Assembly: GCA_050123275.1 (NCBI GenBank)
Contig: JASFHK010000005.1
Coordinates: forward strand, 9,887 to 73,886
Length of the DNA stretch: 64,000 bases
Source of the DNA: Dehalococcoidia bacterium
GTDB lineage: Bacteria > Chloroflexota > Dehalococcoidia > Dehalococcoidales > BS750m-G39
Reading direction: 5' to 3'
A program made the position numbers and the translations under genes. Positions 36,626 through 45,175 of the stretch are shown piece by piece. The notes below the pieces were generated by a model. The model ran no database searches, was not told the DNA's origin, and saw only the letters and a list, made by a program, of their open reading frames with translations. How positions within the stretch are numbered: the first letter of the stretch is position 1; each line of letters opens with the position of its first letter.

Positions 36626-37207
36626 ATGAACCCTGAGCAGAGAATAAAGGCTCTGGAGGACGAAGTAAAAGTCCTCAAGAACGAGGTAAAAGCGGTGCTT
36701 TTGGATATAAGAGAGCACTACCTTGGGCTGGAAAATCCGTTCAGCCTGCACAGGGTAACTCCGGGGCAGGAGCATCCGGCGGACATTCCCGGAGGAGGTG
36801 CAGCGCAGGATGTGACGCCTCCCCCCGAAGAGACCGAGGCGAGGAAGAAGGAGCCGGCCACACAGGAAGTGAACGGCAAGAAAACATCCAGCGTCCCCCA
36901 GAATATAGACCTTATAACCATCGTCGGATTAACACAATGGTCGGCTAAGGCGACATCGAGACTGGGCAAGACCAAGACGGAAGCACTGATCGAGGTCTAT
37001 CACACCACCGGTCGTCTTTCCCCCAGCCTCAGGGATGTGCTGATAAGATTGACTCGCCTTTCCGATAACGAAAACGGTGATGGACGGGTGGGATCGAGGG
37101 AATACCTGGCAATCCTTACCGAACTGGACAGCCTGATGAATAAAGAAGGTAGTCAGTTCGATGCCTCGCTCCTGTCCATTCTGGCTGATGGGGAGGGACG
37201 ACCATAG
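36626..37207 (+). CDS. ArlD/E (FlaD/E)-domain-like archaellum accessory protein with N-terminal coiled coil
   Basis: The N-terminus is heptad-like (QRIKALEDEVKVLKNEVKAVLLDIRE), followed by a Pro/Glu-rich linker. The C-terminal segment LITIVGLTQWSAKATSRLGKTKTEALIEVYHTTGRLSPSLRDVLIRL resembles the FlaD/E domain pattern. It sits in the archaellum operon position. Confidence 0.55.
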   Translation: MNPEQRIKALEDEVKVLKNEVKAVLLDIREHYLGLENPFSLHRVTPGQEHPADIPGGGAAQDVTPPPEETEARKKEPATQEVNGKKTSSVPQNIDLITIVGLTQWSAKATSRLGKTKTEALIEVYHTTGRLSPSLRDVLIRLTRLSDNENGDGRVGSREYLAILTELDSLMNKEGSQFDASLLSILADGEGRP

Positions 37208-37215
37208 ATAAGGTA

Positions 37216-37668
37216 GTGGTAACCGTACTGCTTATTATCACCGGGGTGGTCTGTACCCTGGCAGTGTTTAACGCCGTTTACCCGGCTATAGGTTCTGCCA
37301 GCGGGGCAATGGTAAGCATCGCCGGAAATATAAACGACCGCATTAAGAGCAAGATGGAAATAGTGCAGGTATCCTGCGAAGACAGCGACATTACCCTCTG
37401 GGCAAAGAATGTCGGCAGCACCAGGATAGGGAGCATCGAGGACGGCGATGTCTTCTTTGGCCAGGAAGGTAATTTCGCACGGATACCCTATGATCAGGAC
37501 GGCTCACCGAAACCATGCTGGAACTACAGCATCGAGAACGATTCCGAATGGGGGCCTACAGCCACGCTGAAAATAACCATATATCTAGCTCAGGCACCTT
37601 CCGGCGCCCATTTCGTAAAGGTCGTGGCTCCGAACGGAGTCTTGGATGAATATCAGTTCAGCAATTAG
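37216..37668 (+). CDS. arlF: ArlF (FlaF)-like archaellum stator protein
   Basis: The 150-aa protein has a single N-terminal hydrophobic helix (VTVLLIITGVVCTLAVFNAVYPAI) followed by a beta-rich domain. The GTG start and the operon position before the ArlG-like and ArlH genes fit. Confidence 0.6.
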   Translation: MVTVLLIITGVVCTLAVFNAVYPAIGSASGAMVSIAGNINDRIKSKMEIVQVSCEDSDITLWAKNVGSTRIGSIEDGDVFFGQEGNFARIPYDQDGSPKPCWNYSIENDSEWGPTATLKITIYLAQAPSGAHFVKVVAPNGVLDEYQFSN

Positions 37669-37676
37669 GGAAAGCC

Positions 37677-38171
37677 ATGGAGAATGCCATAGTTTCGCTG
37701 CTCTGCATCGCTCTTTTTCTGACGGGGACATTGAACCTTGCCGAAACATCCTTATCGGTGGTAGACAAGATTTCGAGTTCCTGGAGACAGGCAGAGGAGC
37801 AGAGTTATGAGATCAGGCAGACCGGGATTGCCACGGTAAATGCCACCGTGCCCGATGCCAGCCATGTGGAGATAACCATCATTAATGAAGGGGCGGTTTC
37901 TTTAGGAGATTTCGACCGGTGGGACGTTATCATCCGCTACCAGGATGGTACCGCGGTGTGGCTGCCTTACAACTCCGTGCCGGGCTGGACGGTTGATAGT
38001 ATATCTTTTGAAGGCAGTCCAGAGACCTTCGACCCCGATATTTTGAACGCCGGTGAGGAGATGCTGCTTGTCCTGAGACTTGACCCTCCTCTGCCCTCGG
38101 AGTCCACTGCGGAAGCGGCCATATCAACACCGAGAGGCATAGTAGCCAGAGCCATGTTCGCGATGGAGTAG
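37677..38171 (+). CDS. arlG: ArlG (FlaG)-like archaellum protein
   Basis: The 164-aa protein has an N-terminal helix (AIVSLLCIALFLTGTLNLA) plus a beta-rich domain. The F-versus-G assignment rests on gene order only. Confidence 0.55.
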   Translation: MENAIVSLLCIALFLTGTLNLAETSLSVVDKISSSWRQAEEQSYEIRQTGIATVNATVPDASHVEITIINEGAVSLGDFDRWDVIIRYQDGTAVWLPYNSVPGWTVDSISFEGSPETFDPDILNAGEEMLLVLRLDPPLPSESTAEAAISTPRGIVARAMFAME

Positions 38172-38175
38172 AGCT

Positions 38176-38892
38176 ATGAGTCACAATGAAGATGAAAAAC
38201 GCCCTATAGGGAGCGCAATCTCCACCGGCCATGCCGAGATTGATAAGAAGGTCGGCGGAGGTATCCCGGTGGGGTCGCTTACCCTTATCGAGGGGCAGTC
38301 AGACGCCGGCAAGTCAGTGTTTGCCCAGCAGATGATCTGGGGCTCGCTGCGCGGTAATCACAGGGTGCTGGTGTTTACCACCGAGAACTCGGTCCGAAGC
38401 CTCAACACCCAGATGGAGAGCCTCGGTCTTGACATAATGGATGCTTTGCTCCTGGGGTGGCTTAAAATCTATCCTGTGGAGACATCAAGGCTGGAGCTAG
38501 TGGGCACTTTCGACGCTGTCTTGGACGCCATCGAGCACCACACTGCCTACGGCATGGTGGTGGTCGATTCCCTGACGCCGGTAATCGCTCACACTTCGGT
38601 AGGGGATATCATCAGCTACTTCGAGAGGTGCAAGCGACTGTGCGATGATGGTAAGACTATCATCAATATCGCTCACACCTATGCCTTCAACGAGGAGGTA
38701 CTGGCCCGCATCAGGTCGGTCTGTGATGCCCATTTCCGGTTACGCATTGAGGAGGTGGGGGACAAGCTGATTAAGGTACTGGAGGTGGCCAAGGTCCGGG
38801 GGGCGGACAAGGACACGGGAAATATACTCAGCTTCGAGGTTGAACCGGGCATGGGCATGCGGGTAATGCCTATCTCTCAAGCCAAGGCTTAA
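38176..38892 (+). CDS. arlH: ArlH (FlaH) KaiC/RecA-like ATP-binding archaellum protein
   Basis: ISTGHAEIDKKVGGGIPVGSLTLIEGQSDAGKSVFAQQ contains the Walker A motif, and MVVVDSL is Walker B-like. The protein is 238 aa long. Confidence 0.85.
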   Translation: MSHNEDEKRPIGSAISTGHAEIDKKVGGGIPVGSLTLIEGQSDAGKSVFAQQMIWGSLRGNHRVLVFTTENSVRSLNTQMESLGLDIMDALLLGWLKIYPVETSRLELVGTFDAVLDAIEHHTAYGMVVVDSLTPVIAHTSVGDIISYFERCKRLCDDGKTIINIAHTYAFNEEVLARIRSVCDAHFRLRIEEVGDKLIKVLEVAKVRGADKDTGNILSFEVEPGMGMRVMPISQAKA

Positions 38893-38904
38893 GAAAGGAA
38901 CGAT

Positions 38905-40617
38905 ATGCCACAGGTAAGCCTGCCATTTACGAAGGAAAACAAAGCCGATAAACACGGAGAGGACTTCTTTCAGTGTACTCTCTTCCAGATGTTGCCCAAG
39001 CCGGCGCAGGAAGCCAGCCAGCGCCATCCCCACCTGCTGGAGTACCTGCACATGGTGCCGGTGGCGGAAGTCGGCATGCCCAAGTACTACTCCCAGCTTA
39101 CGCGCCGTATGCAGGACATCAGTCACCCCAACCTGATCTATCCGGTGACCGAGGGTGTCTTCGCACATATTTACCCGGACCTTCACGACGGCAGGGATAT
39201 GTACATCTCCGTCGAGCCTGTGCTTGTCGAGAAGCTTGACAAGCTGATGCAGTCTCTGGAAAGGCGGATGCTGGATATGGGTGACCGTCTGGATACTGTG
39301 AGCACCGATGACGATAAAAAAGAAGCGTTCGTGAGGTGCGTAGATGAGAATTTTACCACGGGGAGGACCGGGGGGGGCTTGTTCAGACGGTCCGGCAAGA
39401 ATGGAAAAATCAGGGTGACGCCGCACCAGATGGAGGGACTCAAGTATCTCATCGTGAGGGACAAGATAGGGCTGGGCATACTGGAGCCCATGGTTCACGA
39501 TCGCTATGTAGAAGACATCAGCTGCAGCGGCCTGGGCACTATTTTTATAGAGCACAAGATCTTCCGCAGCCTGAAGACCCCGATCAGCTTCGCCAGCCTG
39601 GAGGAACTGGACGAGTTCGTCCTCAGGCTCTCCGAGCGAATCAAAAAGCCGGTGAGCTTCCGCAATCCAATAGTGGATGCCTCTCTCCCCGACGGCTCGA
39701 GAATAAACATCGTCTACGGACGCGATATTTCAAAGCGGGGTTCTAATTTCAGCATCCGTAAGTTCAGCGAGACGCCAATGTCGGTCATGGAGCTCATCGA
39801 ACTGGGAACGTTAGACTACAGGATGGCGGCCTATCTTTCCCTCGTCATCGGCGAGGGGATGAACGTTTTCGTTGCCGGAGAGACCGCCTCAGGCAAGACA
39901 ACCACACTGAATGCGGTGACCACCTTTATCCACTCAAATGCCAAGATAGTTAGCATCGAGGATACTCCTGAGCTTCAGGTACCGCACAAGAACTGGATAA
40001 GGGAGGTGGTACAGACTACCAAGGAGCAGTCGGAAACCGCGGTCACCATGTTCGACCTGCTCAAGGCGGCGCTCAGGCAGCGGCCGAACGAAATACTGGT
40101 GGGTGAGATTAGGGGCCCGGAAGGGAACATTGCCTTTCAGGCGATGCAGACCGGGCACTCGGTGATGGCCACCTTCCACGCTGCTTCGGTGGAGAAACTA
40201 ATCCAGCGGCTCACCGGTAATCCGATAAGCGTCCCCAAGGCATATATTGACAATCTTAACGTGGTCGTGGTGCAAAGCGCGGTCAAGCTGCCTACCGGGA
40301 AAACCGGCCGGCGGGTGCTCAGCATCAACGAGGTGATAGGCTTTGACCCGATTAAGCAGTCGTTTTCCTTCGTGGAAGTATTCCGGTGGGACCCGGTCAA
40401 TGATGTTTTTGAATTTACCGGGGATATGAACAGCTATCTATTGGAACAGAAGATAGCTTTAAAGCGTGGTATCCCTTCCCACAATAAGAAGCGGATTTAT
40501 CTTGAGCTTGACCGCCGGACGCAAATTCTGGAGAGGTTGCATAAGGAACAGGGGGTTTCAGGATTCTATGAACTTCTTCAAGTCCTGGCCAAAGCGCAAA
40601 GAGAAGGGCTCTTTTAA
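38905..40617 (+). CDS. arlI: ArlI (FlaI) archaellum assembly/motor ATPase (type II/IV secretion NTPase superfamily)
   Basis: It has Walker A VAGETASGKTT, an IEDTPEL motif, RQRPNEILVGEIRG and FQAMQTGHSVMATFHA. The protein is 570 aa long. Confidence 0.9.
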   Translation: MPQVSLPFTKENKADKHGEDFFQCTLFQMLPKPAQEASQRHPHLLEYLHMVPVAEVGMPKYYSQLTRRMQDISHPNLIYPVTEGVFAHIYPDLHDGRDMYISVEPVLVEKLDKLMQSLERRMLDMGDRLDTVSTDDDKKEAFVRCVDENFTTGRTGGGLFRRSGKNGKIRVTPHQMEGLKYLIVRDKIGLGILEPMVHDRYVEDISCSGLGTIFIEHKIFRSLKTPISFASLEELDEFVLRLSERIKKPVSFRNPIVDASLPDGSRINIVYGRDISKRGSNFSIRKFSETPMSVMELIELGTLDYRMAAYLSLVIGEGMNVFVAGETASGKTTTLNAVTTFIHSNAKIVSIEDTPELQVPHKNWIREVVQTTKEQSETAVTMFDLLKAALRQRPNEILVGEIRGPEGNIAFQAMQTGHSVMATFHAASVEKLIQRLTGNPISVPKAYIDNLNVVVVQSAVKLPTGKTGRRVLSINEVIGFDPIKQSFSFVEVFRWDPVNDVFEFTGDMNSYLLEQKIALKRGIPSHNKKRIYLELDRRTQILERLHKEQGVSGFYELLQVLAKAQREGLF

Positions 40618-42073
40618 TAAAGACCTCCTCGGCGTAGACCTATTCTGCCAGATGACATATATGTCGGCCGTGGCTACGTCGGGGCTGACGCGCAGTCAGA
40701 TATTTGAAAGCGCGGCGCGCCTTCCCTATACCTCGTCGCGTTACTTCAAGGACGTGCATTTTCTGGCCCAGAAGCTGAATTATGACTATGCCCAGGCCTG
40801 CCGCATTGTCGGTGATGCCACTAAAGAGCCGGAGCCAAAAGCGCTTCTCCTTCGTCTTTCAGGCTGTGTCGCCTCGGGGGAGCCTGAGGCTAACTTTCTG
40901 GCCCGCGAAGCCTCTGTGATGGGGGAAGTATACGGCAATGGGTACGAGCGGTCGGTGGAAACGCTGCGCAAATGGACTGATGCCTATACCGCCCTAATCC
41001 TGTCGGCGGCACTAGTCATCGTTGTCGCCGTGGTCTCCATGATGATATACCCGGTGGCGCCGACCTTCGTTATAACTCTCTGCGGGCTGGTGCTGATGGT
41101 AACCGCACTCGGCTCCTGGATTATGCACCGGGCCTCTCCCAAGGAGGTAAAGACACACTCACTGGCCGATACTTCAGCGGAGCGTAAACTATCTCATCTC
41201 CTGGTGAAAATATTCCTGCCGGTGACCGCATTAGCCTGCCTGCTTATGGTCTTGGGAAATATGAGCATGGGAAGCATAATGCTGGTGGCTGCGGCGCTGC
41301 TGTTCCCGCCCGGTGCGGTAATTATGTGGGAAGACCGTAAGATTGATAATCGGGACCAGGACATCGCCGGCCTGCTGCGCTCCTTGGGTGGAATTACCAA
41401 GGCAATAGGAACGACGGTCTCGGAGGCTTTGTCCAGGCTGGACCTCCGCTCGGTTGCCTCACTGCGGGGGGGAACCAAGAGGCTGCGTGACCGGCTTGGT
41501 CTGGGAATCAAGCCGGAACTCTGCTGGGACAGGTTTATCGCTGAGACGGGGAGCGAGCTGATTAACCGGAGCGTGCGTACCTTCTGGGATGGGGTCAGCC
41601 TGGGAGGCGATCCCCAGGAGGTTGGAAACCGTTCGTCCCTGTTCGCCATGAGGGTAGCGCTACTCCGGGCGAAGCGGAGGATGGTATCATCCAGCTTTAC
41701 CTGGCTGTGCATTACCATGCATGCGGCTATCGTCGGCCTGCTGGTGTTCATCTATGAGGTGATGCAGACATTTTCCGGCGCGCTGCAGAATATGGGGAGT
41801 GTAGAGAACGGGGCTTTGGGCGAAATGCCGAGCCTGCCCAGTTTTACGTTTCTGCTCGGCGGCAGCCAGTTGGAGCTGCTGCACTATGTGGTCATAGCCG
41901 TGATAATAGTGCTCACCGGCGCTAATGCCGTAGCCATTAAGGTGACCGGCGGCGGGCACAGCTATAAGCTCTTTTTCTTCCTGAGCATAACACTAGCCAT
42001 ATCGGGTGCATGCTTTATCTTTATTCCGAACGTGGTAGACATGATATTCGGTAGCCTGCCGCCGATGCAGTAG
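40568..42073 (+). CDS. arlJ: ArlJ (FlaJ) polytopic membrane platform protein (T2SSF-like)
   Basis: I chose the start at the ATG at 40568, which overlaps the arlI 3' end by 50 nt. An alternative ATG lies at 40652. The conserved region begins DLLGVDLFCQMTYMSAVATSG, and multiple TM segments follow. Confidence 0.8.
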   Translation: MNFFKSWPKRKEKGSFNKDLLGVDLFCQMTYMSAVATSGLTRSQIFESAARLPYTSSRYFKDVHFLAQKLNYDYAQACRIVGDATKEPEPKALLLRLSGCVASGEPEANFLAREASVMGEVYGNGYERSVETLRKWTDAYTALILSAALVIVVAVVSMMIYPVAPTFVITLCGLVLMVTALGSWIMHRASPKEVKTHSLADTSAERKLSHLLVKIFLPVTALACLLMVLGNMSMGSIMLVAAALLFPPGAVIMWEDRKIDNRDQDIAGLLRSLGGITKAIGTTVSEALSRLDLRSVASLRGGTKRLRDRLGLGIKPELCWDRFIAETGSELINRSVRTFWDGVSLGGDPQEVGNRSSLFAMRVALLRAKRRMVSSSFTWLCITMHAAIVGLLVFIYEVMQTFSGALQNMGSVENGALGEMPSLPSFTFLLGGSQLELLHYVVIAVIIVLTGANAVAIKVTGGGHSYKLFFFLSITLAISGACFIFIPNVVDMIFGSLPPMQ

Positions 42074-42086
42074 AAAGGAGGACGCT

Positions 42087-42734
42087 GTGGATTCAATGGT
42101 AGCTGCTGCGGTCGTCGCTGCTTCAGCAGTGATAGTCGTTCTCATTATCGTGGTTATGAGCAAGGTACGGTCCAGACGGTTGAGTCGGACTCAAGTCGAG
42201 ACAGAGCGACAGGAGGTCACCAGCTTTGAACGCCGCACCTGGCTTGAAAACCAGCGGCAGCAGCCCAAGCCGAGGATGGCTGGGGAGAACCTGATACCTT
42301 CGCTGGATGAGCAGCCGGAAGAGCAGCCGGATGAGTTGCGGCCAAGTGCTCCGGTCTCTCCGGGCACGAAGCCTGGCGTTGCTTCTCCATACCCGGCAGA
42401 GGAGCCAGTAGGCGCCGGTGTAGCTAAAGAGGTTAAGGTTCCAGCGGCAGGAGAACCAGTAGGCGCCGGTATAGCTAAAAAGGCTGAGGTTCCAGCGGCA
42501 GGGGAGCCGGAAGGCTCCGGTCTGGCTAAAAAGGTTGAGATCCCAGCGATAGACGATGAAGCGGAGTTTGCCGAAGAAACGGTGAAACGGGGAGCCGATG
42601 CCGGACTGAGCGCCTTCATGATTGAAATGTCCGAGGACGACGGGCTGTCCAAGCTGGCCGAAAATCTGGAGGACCTTGATGTCGGCGATCTGGCCGAGAT
42701 AGCAAGGGATATCCTAAGTAAAAGGGCGAAATGA
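42087..42734 (+). CDS. Hypothetical membrane-anchored acidic protein with a 3x ~17-aa tandem repeat
   Basis: The GTG start lies 5 nt after AAGGAGG. The N-terminal TM helix is AAAVVAASAVIVVLIIVVM. The repeats are AGEPVGAG(V/I)AK(E/K)x(K/E)VPA-like. It starts 13 nt after the arlJ stop. Confidence 0.5.
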   Translation: MDSMVAAAVVAASAVIVVLIIVVMSKVRSRRLSRTQVETERQEVTSFERRTWLENQRQQPKPRMAGENLIPSLDEQPEEQPDELRPSAPVSPGTKPGVASPYPAEEPVGAGVAKEVKVPAAGEPVGAGIAKKAEVPAAGEPEGSGLAKKVEIPAIDDEAEFAEETVKRGADAGLSAFMIEMSEDDGLSKLAENLEDLDVGDLAEIARDILSKRAK

Positions 42735-44278
42735 ACAGAAGCAGAGTGTACCGTGAAGCGAGACGCTTTCTTCAGGCTCTGGTAGTGACAGTCATACTGG
42801 TTTTGACCATGTCGGTACCCGTTGTCGCCGATGACCCTGAGGTTGATGTTTATGTCGACGTCAAGCCTACCTCGGGGCCGGTGGGCACTACGGTTCAGGT
42901 CATAATAACCGGCTTGGTCGGTGAAGGGCAGGTGGCCGTTTCGTTCGCCAACAAGAACAACATAGTGGCCACGGCGGAGCCTGATGACTGGGGCTACTGT
43001 ATGGTCAGCTTCAACGTCGATACCTATCCCGCCGGTGTTTACGGCATCTGGGCAGAGTTCAATACAGAGGAATACGATACCCAGTTCGTCCTGGAGCCGT
43101 CCATCGAGCTCAATAAGCCCAGCGGTGGCGTCGGCGATAACGTAGTCGTCAGCGGCAATGGTTTCGGTAGGGAAACAGGGATAACGGTTTACCTTGATGA
43201 TATTGAGGTGAGCTTCGAAGAAGTGGAAACAGACGAGGATGGCACTTTTACCAACGTTTCCTTCACCATCCCGGAGGCTTGCAAGGGGGAACATGAAATA
43301 AAGGTGAAAGACAAACGGGGGAACGAAGCTGATGCTTCCATATTGGTAAAGCAGGCGGCGGAAATAGCGCCCATGTCAGGAACCCCTGGCTCCGAGGCGA
43401 GCATTTGCGGCACCGGCTTTGGGGCAGACGGCAATATCGTCGTCTATTTCGATGACGAGGATGTTATGGGCACGATTGCTAGTGACCGCGGCAGCTTCTG
43501 TATCGAGTTTCCCATTCCATCGTGCGAATATGGCGAACACACGGTCAAGGTGAGCGACGGGACCAACTCGTTCTACATGGACTTCGCTATCACTGCAAGC
43601 ATGGTCTTAACGCCAAGCACGGGCCATGTGGGGGGATATATCACTGTCCAGGGAATGGGCTTTAAAGAGGGTCTGCCGGTTACCATTACCTACGACAAGG
43701 ACATCATGCAGACCACTAACGCCGACTTGCAGGGAGGCTTCTCGGTGACTTTTCAGGTGCCGCCGAGCATTGCCGGGGAGTACCTGGTGAAGGCTACGGA
43801 CGGCGATACAACCGTTTCCGCAACTTATACCGTTGAGTCGACCCCCCCGCCGGTACCCTCCCTCCTTCTGCCCAGCGAAGGGGCAGATATGACGCAGGGG
43901 GTGTACTTCGATTGGCAAGGAGTGAGCGACCCGAGCGGCGTCTCCTATAGTCTGGTCGTGGCCGCGGACGCCGATTTTTCTAATGCATTGTTGATTAAAG
44001 AGGGACTGACCGAATCTGAATACAGCCTCTCAGGTGAGGAAGCGCTGCCCCCAAGCGAGACCGCCTACTACTGGCGGGTGAAAGCAACCGATGGTGCTTC
44101 CAACGCCAGCGAATGGTCGGTTACGCGTACGTTTTTTGTCAGTCCTGTTTCCGCCACGGCCGGGTTCATAGGCTTCTTTTCCGATATGCCCGGATGGGCC
44201 AAGTACAGTATGATGGCACTCGGTCTGGTACTTCTCGGCTTTATCTGTTTCTGGGCGGGAAGCATGAGGGCCTCCTGA
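42731..44278 (+). CDS. Cell-surface protein with four IPT/TIG-like Ig-fold repeats, an FN3-like domain and a C-terminal TM anchor
   Basis: The start has an ATGA overlap with the upstream gene, and a signal peptide is present. Four ~85-aa repeats share an SG.vG..v.v.G.GF pattern (SGPVGTTVQV, SGGVGDNVVVSGNGFG, SGTPGSEASICGTGFG, TGHVGGYITVQGMGFK). The C-terminal helix is MALGLVLLGFICFWAG. Confidence 0.6.
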   Translation: MNRSRVYREARRFLQALVVTVILVLTMSVPVVADDPEVDVYVDVKPTSGPVGTTVQVIITGLVGEGQVAVSFANKNNIVATAEPDDWGYCMVSFNVDTYPAGVYGIWAEFNTEEYDTQFVLEPSIELNKPSGGVGDNVVVSGNGFGRETGITVYLDDIEVSFEEVETDEDGTFTNVSFTIPEACKGEHEIKVKDKRGNEADASILVKQAAEIAPMSGTPGSEASICGTGFGADGNIVVYFDDEDVMGTIASDRGSFCIEFPIPSCEYGEHTVKVSDGTNSFYMDFAITASMVLTPSTGHVGGYITVQGMGFKEGLPVTITYDKDIMQTTNADLQGGFSVTFQVPPSIAGEYLVKATDGDTTVSATYTVESTPPPVPSLLLPSEGADMTQGVYFDWQGVSDPSGVSYSLVVAADADFSNALLIKEGLTESEYSLSGEEALPPSETAYYWRVKATDGASNASEWSVTRTFFVSPVSATAGFIGFFSDMPGWAKYSMMALGLVLLGFICFWAGSMRAS

Positions 44279-44325
44279 CTACATGTAGTGCCTGGATTAG
44301 AATCAGCGAGGTTAGAAAAGCTGGG

Positions 44326-44362
44326 TCACCGGCCCATCGCTTTTGGGTCGGTGAATTTTTTT
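44326..44362 (+). terminator. Intrinsic terminator, second copy of the 34447-34484 module
   Basis: The stem GTCACCGGCCCA / TGGGTCGGTGAA is followed by T7. The flanks (44312-44368) are ~85-90% identical to 34434-34490 by eye. Confidence 0.75.
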
Positions 44363-44369
44363 GGTGGGT

Positions 44370-45071
44370 CTAGTCGAGGATGGTGAAAGTCTCCAGGATG
44401 TGCTCGAAGTGGACTCCGTCTTCCTCGGCCAGCCCTTCCGTCGACTCCAGAAATATTGGCCACGATTCTAGAAATATTGACCAGACGAACCCGTCATGGT
44501 CGAAGCAGACGTACCTTACGATTGACGTAATGGGTAATTCAACGTACGGCCCTTCGTATTCTATAAACGGGTCACTTTGAAATTGGCAATAAGAGAATTC
44601 CACCCGCTCCCCCACCACGCCGGCGATAGTGACCGGAGACCGGTCGATAATCTCAAAATCACGATTGTTTTTACTTGTAGCAAATTTCGCAATCTCATCC
44701 TCGAGGGCAGCTTTTGCGTCAGAGTTATCTAACGAACTAGCCTCACGTGCAGCTACATGAAGGTAGGAGCGTTCCAACAACTGGTTTTCCTCCACAATAG
44801 AACGGTCAAAAGACACCGCTGTATACCTGCCAAATACATAGGCAGGTGTTTCATCTCCCACATGTAAGTAGGTAACCATTTCTTCGTAGTTTGTAGGGTA
44901 TTCGAAGGAGAAACGGGCATCGCCTTCGCGTAGAGTGAATTTATTATAGTTCTCGTTGATTGCGTCGATTGTGGAGCTGGTGGGTTTGGCACAACCGACG
45001 CTCATAGCGAGCGCTATCAACATCATGGCGAGCAACAGGCAAAGGCAGCGGTTTGAACTTTTTGCAGACAA
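44370..45071 (-). CDS. Hypothetical lipoprotein
   Basis: It has a signal peptide with a lipobox (LAMSVGC) and is 233 aa long. Sampled lines give ~50% GC, visibly lower than neighbouring genes. Confidence 0.6.
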   Translation of the reverse strand: MSAKSSNRCLCLLLAMMLIALAMSVGCAKPTSSTIDAINENYNKFTLREGDARFSFEYPTNYEEMVTYLHVGDETPAYVFGRYTAVSFDRSIVEENQLLERSYLHVAAREASSLDNSDAKAALEDEIAKFATSKNNRDFEIIDRSPVTIAGVVGERVEFSYCQFQSDPFIEYEGPYVELPITSIVRYVCFDHDGFVWSIFLESWPIFLESTEGLAEEDGVHFEHILETFTILD

Positions 45072-45175
45072 TTTCGCTATTTTCCCTTCGCACCCCGCTA
45101 TGCGCGGCTCTATTATAGCAGAAGATTTTGCCGATGGGGGCTATAGGTAACGCTAAAAGCAGGAAGAATTGTAAA

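Noticed and set aside
35473-42073. I considered the alternative reading of the arl cluster as a bacterial Tad/Flp or type IV pilus locus.
   Set aside because: The filament protein is 350 aa long with the archaellin-type N-terminus and beta-domain, not a ~60-aa Flp pilin. A KaiC-like ArlH and ArlF/G-like genes are present. There is no secretin, TadZ, or split TadB/TadC pair. HMM confirmation is still desirable.
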